Source: a virus (Duplodnaviria > Heunggongvirae > Uroviricota > Caudoviricetes). Taken from it: a stretch of 24,608 nt of DNA. The translations under genes were made by a program, and so were the position numbers. The notes below the pieces were generated by a model. The model did no database searches. It worked only from the letters and a program-made list of their open reading frames with translations, and had not been told where the DNA came from. Numbering within the stretch: the stretch's first letter is position 1; every line of letters starts with the position of its first letter. The DNA is taken from IMG/VR virus record IMGVR_UViG_2534682159_000013; one strand, given 5' to 3'. Of this stretch, positions 8,276 to 17,031 are shown one piece after another.

Positions 8276-8729
8276 ACAGCAAATCCGTCTGGTCTGCCGT
8301 CAGTGCATGGACCGCTGCCGGGCGGGTGAAACGTGGCCCCCGGACCTGGCTGAGTTTGTTGCGCTGATTTCGGAGAGTGGGGCAAATCCATTTGGTCTTA
8401 CGGTGGATGCCGTGATGGAAGAGTACCGGCGCTGGCGCAATGAATCCTGGCGATACGACGGGAGTGATAAATACCCGTGGCCACAGCCTGTGCTGTACCA
8501 CATCTGCCTCGAAATGCGTACCAGAGGGATTGAGCGCCAGATGACGCAGGGTGAGTTAAAACGACTTGCGGAACGGCAACTGACGAAATGGGCAAAGCAT
8601 GTTGGTAACGGGATGAGTGTTCCGCCAGTGCGACGACAACTGGAAGGGGCGAAACACCCGAAAGGGCCAACGCCAATTGAACGGCTGAAACAGGAATACG
8701 AACGCCGGAAGGCTGCTGGTTTTATTTGA
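8187..8729 (+). CDS. Replication protein P-like (helicase loader)
   Basis: C-terminal two-thirds aligns with lambda P as I recall it: 'PDLAEFVALISE..YPWPQPVLYHICLEMR..GELKRLAERQL' vs lambda 'PSPGQFVAWCRE..YPWKSNAHYWLVTNLY..AELRRKAADEL'. Start is ambiguous: the frame is open from 8067, with ATGs at 8187 and 8268; all overlap the O-like gene. Confidence 0.65.
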   Translation: MGEVYSNRWTQKNGAAPSKLWIAQIGAMTEQQIRLVCRQCMDRCRAGETWPPDLAEFVALISESGANPFGLTVDAVMEEYRRWRNESWRYDGSDKYPWPQPVLYHICLEMRTRGIERQMTQGELKRLAERQLTKWAKHVGNGMSVPPVRRQLEGAKHPKGPTPIERLKQEYERRKAAGFI

Positions 8730-8762
8730 ATCTGGGAAACGATTTTGTCGGAGGAAATTTTA

Positions 8763-9479
8763 ATGGAAACCGTATTTGACGCACTGAAAGCACTGAAAAG
8801 AGCCTCTTCACAGGTAGTGGCGGCCCGCCTTGGAATCAGCCGTGAAGATGCGGTCAACGAACTGTGGAAACTGAAGCGCCGTGGTGAAGCGGATAACAAG
8901 GGGTCGATGTGGTGGCTGACTCAGGCTGGTGAAAGTGAACCAGTGTCACCGGTACCGAAAGTGACAGCGCAAATGCTGACTGAGGCGATTGAACAACATG
9001 GCCCACAAACGGCGGATGAGCTGGCACTGATGTTCGGGATTACCTCCCGCCGGGCGAATTCATCGCTGGCCATGGCAATCAGCAAAGGGCGTCTGATTCG
9101 CGTAAATCAGGGCGGTAAATTTCGTTACTGCATACCGGGCGCTGATTTACCGGCAGAGCCGGAAGCTGCATCCGTAGCGGAAACCGATGGTAAAGCCTTT
9201 CCTCAGCCAGCAGGTGTTGCGTTACCAGTACAGGAAGCTGCAACACAGGAAGATATTAAAACAGAAACTGTGGCTGATATTGTGCAATCGTTGCCATCGT
9301 TTACTGAAACGAAAGCAGATGACCTGATTCTACCATCGCTGCATGTGGCTAACCGCGAGTTGCGCCGGGCGAAAAGTGATGTGCAGAAGTGGGAGCGAGT
9401 CTGCGCCGCGCTGCGGGAGCTGAACAAGTGCCGGGATATTCTCCGGGATATTACCGCCACCAGAGAACAGCAGCGGTGA
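8763..9479 (+). CDS. Hypothetical phage protein with N-terminal winged-helix-like segment
   Basis: 238 aa from the ATG at 8763, with a GGAGG Shine-Dalgarno 8 nt upstream; the track ORF starts at an upstream TTG (8745). Confidence 0.6.
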   Translation: METVFDALKALKRASSQVVAARLGISREDAVNELWKLKRRGEADNKGSMWWLTQAGESEPVSPVPKVTAQMLTEAIEQHGPQTADELALMFGITSRRANSSLAMAISKGRLIRVNQGGKFRYCIPGADLPAEPEAASVAETDGKAFPQPAGVALPVQEAATQEDIKTETVADIVQSLPSFTETKADDLILPSLHVANRELRRAKSDVQKWERVCAALRELNKCRDILRDITATREQQR

Positions 9480-9538
9480 GTGGGTGGAAGACGTGGTGCC
9501 GGGCTGAAATTCTGATACTCCGGCAGTGTGCGGGAACA

Positions 9539-9793
9539 ATGAAGGTAAAAAGCATTGGCGCACTTATCGGACGAACTGAAGCGGCAGTGAGAACGAAGGC
9601 ACGGGAGTTGGGCATCAGCATGATGTTACGTGGTGATTTTCACCCGTCGGCAAAATATTCTCAGCGTGATATTGAGCTGGCGCGGCAACTGCATCAGAGA
9701 GGCATGCAAAGAAGGGAAATTGCCAGAAAATTAGGCATGCCGTTGCGCATAGTGAATAACTACGTTTATTTCGACAGGAGGGTTCAGGCGTGA
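9539..9793 (+). CDS. Hypothetical small basic HTH-like protein
   Basis: ATG at 9539 with GGGA 6 nt upstream; an alternative GTG at 9476 overlaps the upstream stop. Sequence 'GRTEAAVRTKARELGIS' and 'QRREIARKLGMP' look like DNA-binding helices. Confidence 0.5.
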   Translation: MKVKSIGALIGRTEAAVRTKARELGISMMLRGDFHPSAKYSQRDIELARQLHQRGMQRREIARKLGMPLRIVNNYVYFDRRVQA

Positions 9794-10095
9794 GGGTGAG
9801 CATTTATATCGCCGGTCCAATGACGGGATATGAAAATTTCAACCGCGAGGCGTTTCACAGGGCGGAAGAAGCACTGAAACGGGAAGGGCATACCGTTTTA
9901 AACCCGGCAGTACTTCCGGACGGGCTGACTCAGCCGCAGTACATGGATATTTGCATGGCAATGATTCGTTGTGTGGATGCGGTTTATATGCTGAAAGGCT
10001 GGCAGCGATCGGCAGGCGCTAAGGCAGAACTGGCACTGGCGGAGAAACTGGGACATGCGGTTATTTTCCAGGAGGCAACCAGTGAGCGAAATTAA
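9790..10095 (+). CDS. DUF4406-like (nucleoside 2-deoxyribosyltransferase-like fold) phage protein
   Basis: 101 aa from a GTG start with AGGAGG 8 nt upstream. N-terminal 'SIYIAGPMTG..NFNREAF' motif typical of this family (from memory). Confidence 0.6.
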   Translation: MRVSIYIAGPMTGYENFNREAFHRAEEALKREGHTVLNPAVLPDGLTQPQYMDICMAMIRCVDAVYMLKGWQRSAGAKAELALAEKLGHAVIFQEATSERN

Positions 10096-10244
10096 TTACC
10101 AGGAGCTACGGCAGGTGAAAGAGAAAGCATAATCCAGATCTGAATAATTAAAATCAGCACTGTAAATAAAATTTAATCCTTAACCGGAGGGATTTCTGCA
10201 CCCTCAGAACATCAGGAGACCGCCTGAAAGGGCGGTAATGAAAA

Positions 10245-10613
10245 ATGACTGAATTAACAAAAGAGCAATTAATCAAAGAAGCCAAATTAAAAATAGCGGT
10301 TGCGAAATGTTACCCTAATTCAGAGATGGCCAGGGTAGAGGGAGAGCTATTCAAAATTGCACTGGCATCGCTGGAGGCGGTTCCGGTGGCATGGCTGCAT
10401 TCAGACAATGGCCTGGGTATTCCAGCAATAACCAGGAGTAAAAACGTTGCTGATAGTTGGTTATCAAAGGGCTGGTATGTTCAGCCGTTATATGTAGCCC
10501 AACCTGTACCGGTGGTGCCGGATGCTCGTCCATCTTTAAATAATGGCATTGTCGGATTTGATGAAGGCTGGAATGCCTGCCGGGATGCCATGCTTAATGG
10601 AGATAAATCATGA
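10245..10613 (+). CDS. Hypothetical phage protein
   Basis: 122-aa ORF whose stop overlaps the next ATG (ATGA at 10610). Confidence 0.55.
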   Translation: MTELTKEQLIKEAKLKIAVAKCYPNSEMARVEGELFKIALASLEAVPVAWLHSDNGLGIPAITRSKNVADSWLSKGWYVQPLYVAQPVPVVPDARPSLNNGIVGFDEGWNACRDAMLNGDKS

Positions 10614-11311
10614 TTAATCGTATCAAACTGGAGCACATCCTCGAATATGCCGGGCAGCAGAGGCATATTGGTCAGCATTGTAAAATTCCACCAGGAGATA
10701 TGGTTGAAATCATGGAGATTGCCATGCGCAAGGCTGGCAACCCTCCGGTAACTCCGGGGCGTTTGCCTGGCGGTTTCACCATTGAGGAGGCGAAGGAGTT
10801 ACATGAAGACCTGGTGCGCAGCCACATAAGCAAGGCTTTAAGTGGCGAAAAGATGAAGAAGAAGGATCTCGATGCTGATTTGCGCTGGATCCATGGGGTT
10901 ATAGTCCAGGCCGCCTGGTTTGTAAAAGCATCACTGGAGCAGAATGTGCTAACGGGTAACTCTCAGGTAATCCCTGATGACGGTCGCGAACAGTTTGAAA
11001 CACTTATCAGGTTCCATGCAGATGATAAAAACCATGAAACATTATTGCTTCGTGCTAACGAAGGGATGAATTACCGGGATCCAAATGTGGATTTGGCATG
11101 GATATTCTGGAAATCCAGTCGAGAGCACATATTGCCTGGAAAAAGCGACAATAATCCAGCATCAGGCGATCAGGTAAGTGAATTAACAATGTGGGTGAAG
11201 CGGTTATCTCATTCCTTAAAAAGCGTTAATAAATCAAGCAAACTACCGGATAAAGCGATGGACTACCTGAAGCGAAACGGACTGATAAACGAGGAGAATA
11301 TTTTACGATGA
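10610..11311 (+). CDS. Hypothetical phage protein
   Basis: 233-aa ORF coupled to its upstream and downstream neighbours; no recognised motif. Confidence 0.55.
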   Translation: MINRIKLEHILEYAGQQRHIGQHCKIPPGDMVEIMEIAMRKAGNPPVTPGRLPGGFTIEEAKELHEDLVRSHISKALSGEKMKKKDLDADLRWIHGVIVQAAWFVKASLEQNVLTGNSQVIPDDGREQFETLIRFHADDKNHETLLLRANEGMNYRDPNVDLAWIFWKSSREHILPGKSDNNPASGDQVSELTMWVKRLSHSLKSVNKSSKLPDKAMDYLKRNGLINEENILR

Positions 11312-11391
11312 CCTGGCCTGAAGCGTTCATAACGGTAGGAATTGCAATGGCGGTGGCGCTGGTGGTGTATTCGATTTGCCGCTGGGGATAA
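11308..11391 (+). CDS. Candidate 27-aa hydrophobic peptide (MTWPEAFITVGIAMAVALVVYSICRWG)
   Basis: ATG overlaps the upstream stop (ATGA); GAGGAG Shine-Dalgarno 11 nt upstream; one predicted transmembrane helix. Below the size cut-off of the supplied track. Confidence 0.25.
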   Translation: MTWPEAFITVGIAMAVALVVYSICRWG

Positions 11392-11399
11392 AAACGGTT

Positions 11400-11601
11400 T
11401 GCGGGGAAAGAAGAGTTAAGTAGAATTGCTGCGGGTGCTTGAGGCTGTCTGCCTCGGGCATGCCGCCGTAAGGCAGACAGAGAAAAGCCCCAGTTAACAT
11501 TACGCGTCTTGCAGGACGCTTAACATTAATCTGAGGCCCAATCTATGCTTCACAAACGTAGGTTAGCCTCTTACGTGCCGAAAGGCAAGGAGAAGCAGGC
11601 T
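11400..11601. promoter_or_regulatory. hok mRNA leader with fold-back structure; expected region for an antisense Sok-like RNA
   Basis: Inverted repeat 'ctgtctgcct..aggcagacag' (11425-11456) and 'gcgtc ttgcag gacgc' hairpin. No Sok promoter or terminator could be pinned down by eye. Confidence 0.3.
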
Positions 11602-11757
11602 ATGAAGCAGCAAAAGGCGATGTTAATCGCCCTGATCGTCATCTGTATTACCGTTGTTGTGACGGCACTGGTAACGAGGAAAGACCTCTGCGAGGTACGA
11701 ATCCGAACCGGCCAGACGGAGGTCGCTGTCTTCGTAGACTACGAATCTGAGAAGTAA
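11602..11757 (+). CDS. hokD: Hok/Gef family type I toxin (HokD/RelF-like)
   Basis: 51 aa 'MKQQKAMLIALIVICITVVVTALVTRKDLCEVRIRTGQTEVAVFVDYESEK', matching the Hok consensus and close to my recollection of HokD. AGGAG 9 nt upstream. An in-frame upstream ATG at 11545 gives a 70-aa mok-like extension. Confidence 0.85.
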   Translation: MKQQKAMLIALIVICITVVVTALVTRKDLCEVRIRTGQTEVAVFVDYESEK

Positions 11758-11925
11758 GAGTGACCAAGCGAGGGAGAAATCCCTCGCCACCTCTGATGTG
11801 TCAGGCATCCTCAACGCACCCGCACTTACCCCGTTTCGGCAGACTTTGTTTTTTCCTGGCATTCTGGTTTACAATTCGCACGTCAGCCTGAACAACTGGC
11901 ACCTGCTGCGTCACCGGAGAACCCG

Positions 11926-12198
11926 ATGGCGCAACATATAAAATCCCACAATTCTGAAGTCGATCCGGCCATTAAGCGGGGGCGGCGTTCGCACGTATTT
12001 AAAACTGACTGGTACCAGCATCCCCCATGCACTGAAGAACAGGCCGAATGGCTGATCCAGTGTTACCGCAGGCGCGGATATGAGTTTGAGAAAGCCCTCA
12101 GCCTCGATTATCGTCACTGGATAATCTCCGTCAGGCTCCCTTATTCCGAACGCCCACCGCGTCCGTCCCGCACATTCCAGCAGCGCATCTGGAGGTAA
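11926..12198 (+). CDS. Rem-like small protein (synteny with Qin hokD-rem-ydfU)
   Basis: 90-aa ORF with GGAGA before the ATG; its stop at 12196-12198 sits 2 nt before the GTG of the DUF968 gene. Confidence 0.5.
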   Translation: MAQHIKSHNSEVDPAIKRGRRSHVFKTDWYQHPPCTEEQAEWLIQCYRRRGYEFEKALSLDYRHWIISVRLPYSERPPRPSRTFQQRIWR

Positions 12199-12199
12199 C

Positions 12200-13249
12200 G
12201 TGCGGGTATTACTTCGACCTGTTCTGGTACCGGAACTCGGTCTGGTTATCGTTAAGCCAGGCCGTGAATCAATGTCAGTATTCCATAACGGCAGAATATT
12301 GGTGGAGCCGGAACCGAAAAACATGCGCGGTCTGCCGTCCGGAGTCGTTCCTGCCGTTCGCCAGCCGCTGGCAGAGGATAAAACATTACTGCCATTTTTC
12401 AGCGATGAGCGGGTTATTCGTGCAGCAGGTGGTGCAGGTGCACTGTCTGACTGGTTATTACGTCACGTGAAATCCTGCCAGTGGCCACACGGCGATTATC
12501 ATCACAGCGAAACCGTCATTCACCGTTATGGTACCGGCGCGATGGTGTTGTGCTGGCACTGTGACAACCAGCTGCGCGACCAGACATCAGAATCACTCGA
12601 TCAACTTGCTCAGCAGAATCTGGTTGCCTGGATGATTGATGTCATCCGTCACGCAATAAGCGGTACGCAGGAGAGGGAGTTATCGCTGGCCGAATTATCC
12701 TGGTGGGCGGCCTGCAATCAGGTGGTGGATGCACTACCTGAGGCAGTAGCGCGTCGTTCGCTGGGATTACCAGCGGAAAAAATCCGCTCCGTATACCGTG
12801 AGAGTGACATCGTACCGGGAGAACAGACAGCCATCAGCATACTGAAGCAGCGCACAAAAAATATTGCGCTGCCACTTCACGTCCACCAGCAACAAAATCC
12901 ACCACAGGAAAAAACGGTTGTCAGTATCGCCGTTGATCCGGAGTCTCCTGAATCGTTCATGAGGCGGCCTAAACGTCGCCGTTGGGTTAATGAGAAATAC
13001 ACGCGCTGGGTAAAGACACAGCCGTGTGCGTGTTGTGGTAAGCCAGCTGACGATCCGCATCACCTGATTGGTCATGGTCAGGGGGGAGTGGGAACAAAGG
13101 CCCACGATATTTTCACGCTACCGTTGTGCCGGGAGCACCACAACGAACTTCATGCAGACCCGCTGAAGTTTGAGAAAAAGTACGGCTCTCAGATTGAGTT
13201 AATTTTTCGTTTTCTTGATCACGCCTTTGCGACTGGCGTGCTCGGGTAA
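12200..13249 (+). CDS. ydfU: DUF968 protein (YdfU-like) with C-terminal Cys/His HNH-like motif
   Basis: 349 aa from a GTG start with GGAGG 5 nt upstream. C-terminal 'CACCGKPADDPHHLIGHGQGG..CREHHNELH'. Confidence 0.7.
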   Translation: MRVLLRPVLVPELGLVIVKPGRESMSVFHNGRILVEPEPKNMRGLPSGVVPAVRQPLAEDKTLLPFFSDERVIRAAGGAGALSDWLLRHVKSCQWPHGDYHHSETVIHRYGTGAMVLCWHCDNQLRDQTSESLDQLAQQNLVAWMIDVIRHAISGTQERELSLAELSWWAACNQVVDALPEAVARRSLGLPAEKIRSVYRESDIVPGEQTAISILKQRTKNIALPLHVHQQQNPPQEKTVVSIAVDPESPESFMRRPKRRRWVNEKYTRWVKTQPCACCGKPADDPHHLIGHGQGGVGTKAHDIFTLPLCREHHNELHADPLKFEKKYGSQIELIFRFLDHAFATGVLG

Positions 13250-13261
13250 AAGAGGTGACTG

Positions 13262-13624
13262 ATGCTCATAGATTTGGTTTTACCTTACCCGCCGACGGTG
13301 AACACTTACTGGCGACGCCGTGGCAGCACATATTTTGTATCAAAAGCCGGGGAGCGTTATCGCCGGGCAGTGGCGCTTATTGTTCGCCAGCAGCGACTGA
13401 AATTAAGCCTGTCCGGACGGCTGGCAATAAAAATTATTGCAGAGCCACCGGATAAGCGCCGCCGTGACCTGGACAATATTCTGAAAGCACCGCTGGATGC
13501 GCTGACGCACGCGGGGTTGTTAATGGACGATGAGCAGTTTGATGAAATCAATATTGTACGTGGCCAGCCAGTATCTGGTGGACGGCTGGAGATAAGAATT
13601 ACAGAGGTGGGTGTGCATGAATAA
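13262..13624 (+). CDS. rusA: Holliday junction resolvase RusA
   Basis: 120-aa ORF. 'DKRRRDLDNILKAPLDALTHAGLLMDDEQ..GGRLEIRITE' aligns with E. coli RusA ('[39 protein letters not shown]'). Confidence 0.9.
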   Translation: MLIDLVLPYPPTVNTYWRRRGSTYFVSKAGERYRRAVALIVRQQRLKLSLSGRLAIKIIAEPPDKRRRDLDNILKAPLDALTHAGLLMDDEQFDEINIVRGQPVSGGRLEIRITEVGVHE

Positions 13625-14282
13625 CCAGTATTTACAGTTTGTTCGTGAGCAACTCATGATTGCCACTGCGGATCTTAGTGGGTCGACAAAAGGCCAGCTG
13701 GAAGCCTGGCAGGAAAATGCCCTGTTCGATACAGGGCGTTACAGACGCAAAAAAATTCGTTACCGCGATGAGGTAACCGGAAAAATGATCACGCGGGATA
13801 ATCCCCCGATCCCGGGTAAACAATCACTGGCGAAAGGCTCATCAATTGCCCTGGTCAGTCCGGTTGAGTTTTCGACATCATCATGGCGACGCGCCGTTCT
13901 GTCTCTTGAAGAACATCATAAAGCCTGGCTGCAGTGGTGTTACAGCGGTAGCATTTGCTGGGAGCATCAGATCGCGATAACGCAGTGGGCGTGGACTGAA
14001 TTTAATGCTCAATCCGGTACCAGAAAAATTGCAGGAAAAACTCTGGTGCGCCTGAAGACGTTGATCTGGTTGGCGGCGCAGGCGGTAAAAGCTGAGCTTT
14101 TTGGTGGGGAAGGTTACGAATACCAGGAACTGGCGTTACTGGTGGGAGTAACAACCAAAAACTGGTCCAAGACATTTACTGGTCACTGGGTTGCAATGAA
14201 ACACATTTTTCATCGGCTGGATAGTGAAGCTTTATTGTTGGTGGAGGGAACTCGTTCAAAACAAAAGGCGGCATTTTCATAG
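13617..14282 (+). CDS. Putative late antiterminator Q (assigned by position)
   Basis: 221 aa from an ATG overlapping the rusA stop (ATGAATAA). Sits immediately upstream of a promoter and short-transcript terminator, as Q, PR' and tR' do in lambdoid phages. No Q motif recognised. Confidence 0.5.
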   Translation: MNNQYLQFVREQLMIATADLSGSTKGQLEAWQENALFDTGRYRRKKIRYRDEVTGKMITRDNPPIPGKQSLAKGSSIALVSPVEFSTSSWRRAVLSLEEHHKAWLQWCYSGSICWEHQIAITQWAWTEFNAQSGTRKIAGKTLVRLKTLIWLAAQAVKAELFGGEGYEYQELALLVGVTTKNWSKTFTGHWVAMKHIFHRLDSEALLLVEGTRSKQKAAFS

Positions 14283-14287
14283 CAAAG

Positions 14288-14350
14288 TATTGCAAAAGTA
14301 GACAAAAAGGCATATGTTTCGTGTAAATCTGATATTTTGCCGTTATTATA
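14288..14350 (+). promoter_or_regulatory. PR'-like late promoter region
   Basis: Candidate TTGCAA(14290-14295)-17-TATGTT(14313-14318) and a second TATTAT at 14344-14349; 25-80 nt upstream of an intrinsic terminator. Confidence 0.35.
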
Positions 14351-14370
14351 CGTGATGGCAAAGCCACTAA

Positions 14371-14395
14371 AACCCGTGACCGAGCGGGTTTTTTA
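14371..14395 (+). terminator. Intrinsic terminator (tR'-like) ending a short leader RNA
   Basis: 'aaacccg tgaccgag cgggtttttt': GC stem followed by a T6 run. Confidence 0.7.
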
Positions 14396-14535
14396 CCCCC
14401 CAAAAAATGGCATAGACATTAAACGTGATGACTATTGTGCCAATACTTTCTCCATCAATGACGCCCCTTGACTGCATGGAATCCAATTTGTTATGTAATG
14501 TGTGTTGATATTTTTGAGTTGTTAATCGTGTTACT

Positions 14536-15249
14536 ATGGATGACAGTGCTCTGCTCAGAAACTCTTCACTTTTTGTCGCTTATATGGGCTGTCTCGGATG
14601 GGGGAGCGCTTATTTCTATGGATGGGGTACTTCATTTTACTATGGCTTTCCATGGTGGGTTGTCGGGGCTGGTGTCGATGATGTAGCACGAAGTTTGTTT
14701 TATGCTGTGACAGTTATTGTTATATTCCTTATTGGATGGGGAGTTGGTATTGTTTTCTTTTTGGGCATAAAACAAAAGCGCAATATACAAAATTTGAGTT
14801 TTATCCGGCTTTTTCTCGCGATATTGCTGCTTTTTATTCCACCTGTTCTGGAGTTTTCTGTAATTCATCAGCATGTTGAGCCAGATGTACTGATTTTCTG
14901 CGTTCTTGCTGCCTTTGCAATCACGCTTTTTGTCAGGTCTGGAAGAAGACTCGTTTCAGTCAAATGTTTTTCGGAAATGTCTGTTATTCGCCATCACCGA
15001 ATTGAGTTCATGATGGCTGGGTTTATGATTTATTTCTGGGCATTCTCTCTTATTGCCGGTTGGTACAAACCACAGTTTAAGAGGGAATATCAGGCGGTCC
15101 ACTATGAGAATGTATGGTATTACATTATTGCGCGCTATGATGATCGTCTGGTGTTATCGAAATCATACAGGAGTGGGGGTAAGAAATTCGTTATATTTAA
15201 TAGCGGAAATATTAATGATTTTGAAATTAATACTGTCAGAGTACGTTAA
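14536..15249 (+). CDS. Multi-pass inner-membrane protein of unknown function (AT-rich moron)
   Basis: 237 aa with 4-5 hydrophobic, Trp/Phe/Gly-rich segments and a soluble C-terminal tail of about 60 aa. An overlapping ORF in another frame (14468-14686) leaves the start uncertain. Confidence 0.55.
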   Translation: MDDSALLRNSSLFVAYMGCLGWGSAYFYGWGTSFYYGFPWWVVGAGVDDVARSLFYAVTVIVIFLIGWGVGIVFFLGIKQKRNIQNLSFIRLFLAILLLFIPPVLEFSVIHQHVEPDVLIFCVLAAFAITLFVRSGRRLVSVKCFSEMSVIRHHRIEFMMAGFMIYFWAFSLIAGWYKPQFKREYQAVHYENVWYYIIARYDDRLVLSKSYRSGGKKFVIFNSGNINDFEINTVRVR

Positions 15250-15422
15250 AATTTCCTGAGTAATAAAGATTTTACTGCCCGGCATTGAGCGGTTTTTTTA
15301 TGCCAGAAAAATGGTGCAGTACATAAAATGTGCAGGTGGTTATTAATACCGGTCTTTCAGCTTGCTGGCTTTTTTGACAAGAGTTATTGGTGTGTCACGT
15401 TAACCGGAAAAGGGAAAAAGAC

Positions 15423-15620
15423 ATGCTGAAACAGCAGGATATGACAGAAACCGCCAGAGCAGTTTTTAATGAATTAAGTGCCACCGAACCGGCGACAGTC
15501 GGGGAGATTGCACAGAATACGTACCTTTCACGCGAACGCTGCCAGCTAATACTGACCCAGCTTGTTATGGCGGGTCTGGCAGACTATCAGTTTGGTTGTT
15601 ACAGACGCCTTCAGTCCTGA
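15423..15620 (+). CDS. Small winged-helix-like DNA-binding protein
   Basis: 65 aa from the ATG at 15423 ('MLKQQDMTE...'). 'VGEIAQNTYLSRERCQLILTQLVMAGL' looks like a recognition helix and wing. Stop is embedded in a terminator hairpin. Confidence 0.5.
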   Translation: MLKQQDMTETARAVFNELSATEPATVGEIAQNTYLSRERCQLILTQLVMAGLADYQFGCYRRLQS

Positions 15621-15630
15621 AGGCTTTTTT
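15607..15630 (+). terminator. Intrinsic terminator
   Basis: 'gccttcag tcc tgaaggc tttttt'. Confidence 0.6.
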
Positions 15631-15771
15631 ATTTGTGGTAAATGGGCGGCTGGTGGGTGTTAGGGGCACTCACCAGCCATCTGCTCATGCGTTGGGGTCA
15701 CAAGCAAACCTCAGGCCCATCTGCTTTGCGCAAAAGCGGTATGAGCCTATCAGAGACAGGCTTAATGATCC

Positions 15772-16830
15772 ATGTTTAATACTGTAAAAATATCCAGTTG
15801 TGAGTTAATCAACGCCGACTGCCTGGAATTTATCCGGTCGTTACCCGAAAATTCTGTTGACCTGATAGTCACGGACCCGCCGTACTTTAAAGTGAAGCCT
15901 GAGGGCTGGGATAACCAGTGGAAGGGCGACGATGACTACCTGAAGTGGCTGGACCAGTGTCTGGCGCAGTTCTGGCGGGTGCTGAAACCTGCCGGAAGTC
16001 TTTACCTGTTCTGTGGCCATCGCCTGGCATCTGACATTGAAATCATGATGCGTGAACGCTTCAGTGTACTGAACCATATTATCTGGGCGAAGCCGTCCGG
16101 ACGCTGGAACGGGTGCAACAAGGAAAGCCTGAGGGCGTATTTCCCCGCCACAGAGCGCATTCTGTTCGCGGAACATTATCAGGGGCCGTATCGTCCGAAA
16201 GATGCCGGGTATGAGGCGAAGGGCAGGGCACTGAAACAGCATGTGATGGCTCCGCTGATTGCTTACTTTCGTGATGCGCGTGCTGCCCTGGGGATAACGG
16301 CAAAACAGATAGTGGATGCCACAGGAAAGAAAAACATGGTGTCGCACTGGTTCAGTGCCAGTCAGTGGCAGCTACCGAACGAAAGCGATTATCTGAAATT
16401 ACAGGCGCTGTTTGCCCGGGTGGCAGAAGAGAAGCATCAGCGGGGGGAACTGGAGAAGCCCCACCACCAGCTGCTGGAGACGTATACTTCACTGAACCGG
16501 CAGTATGCGGAACTGCAGAGTGAATATAAGCATCTGCGGCGGTATTTTGGCGTGACGGCGCAGGTGCCGTACACGGATGTGTGGACGCATAAACCGGTGC
16601 AGTACTATCCCGGGAAACATCCGTGCGAAAAACCGGCAGAAATGCTGCAGCAGATAATCAGCGCGAGCAGTCGTCCGGGGGACCTGGTTGCAGATTTTTT
16701 CATGGGGTCGGGTTCGACAGTCAAAGCCGCGATGGCGCTGGGGCGTCGTGCAACTGGCGTTGAGCTGGAGACTGAACGTTTTGAGCAGACGGTCAGGGAA
16801 GTTCAGGATTTAGTCAGTCAGAACGGATGA
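15772..16830 (+). CDS. DNA methyltransferase (beta-class N6A/N4C, DPPY then FxGSG), orphan
   Basis: 352-aa ORF. 'LIVTDPPYF' (motif IV) near the N-terminus and 'VADFFMGSGST' (motif I) near the C-terminus. No adjacent restriction endonuclease candidate. Confidence 0.85.
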   Translation: MFNTVKISSCELINADCLEFIRSLPENSVDLIVTDPPYFKVKPEGWDNQWKGDDDYLKWLDQCLAQFWRVLKPAGSLYLFCGHRLASDIEIMMRERFSVLNHIIWAKPSGRWNGCNKESLRAYFPATERILFAEHYQGPYRPKDAGYEAKGRALKQHVMAPLIAYFRDARAALGITAKQIVDATGKKNMVSHWFSASQWQLPNESDYLKLQALFARVAEEKHQRGELEKPHHQLLETYTSLNRQYAELQSEYKHLRRYFGVTAQVPYTDVWTHKPVQYYPGKHPCEKPAEMLQQIISASSRPGDLVADFFMGSGSTVKAAMALGRRATGVELETERFEQTVREVQDLVSQNG

Positions 16831-16870
16831 TATTGCAGGATTAGTTACGTACCGTTATTATCCTGCGACC

Positions 16871-16946
16871 GGCCCTTTAGCTCAGTGGTGAGAGCGAGCG
16901 ACTCATAATCGCCAGGTCGCTGGTTCAAATCCAGCAAGGGCCACCA
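16871..16946 (+). tRNA. ileZ: tRNA-Ile2 (anticodon CAU; ileX/ileZ-like)
   Basis: Cloverleaf folded by hand: acceptor ggccctt/aagggcc, D-arm gctc..gagc, anticodon loop 'ctCATaa', T-loop 'ttcaaat', 3' CCA. Near-identical to my recollection of E. coli ileX. A CAU anticodon cannot be distinguished from Met by sequence alone. Confidence 0.85.
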
Positions 16947-16954
16947 TATCCATA

Positions 16955-17031
16955 CCGCCATTAGCTCATCGGGATAGAGCGCCAGCCTTCGAAGCTGGCT
17001 GCGCGGGGTTCGAGTCCTCGATGGCGGTCCA
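16955..17031 (+). tRNA. tRNA-Arg (anticodon UCG)
   Basis: Cloverleaf: acceptor ccgccat/atggcgg, D-arm gctc..gagc, anticodon stem ccagc/gctgg with loop 'ctTCGaa', T-arm cgggg ttcgagt cctcg, 3' CCA. Confidence 0.8.

Noticed and set aside
11623-12324. Minus-strand track ORFs 11623-11862 and 11911-12324
   Set aside because: Antisense to the Hok and Rem-like/DUF968 genes, which have recognisable homology and coupling signals.
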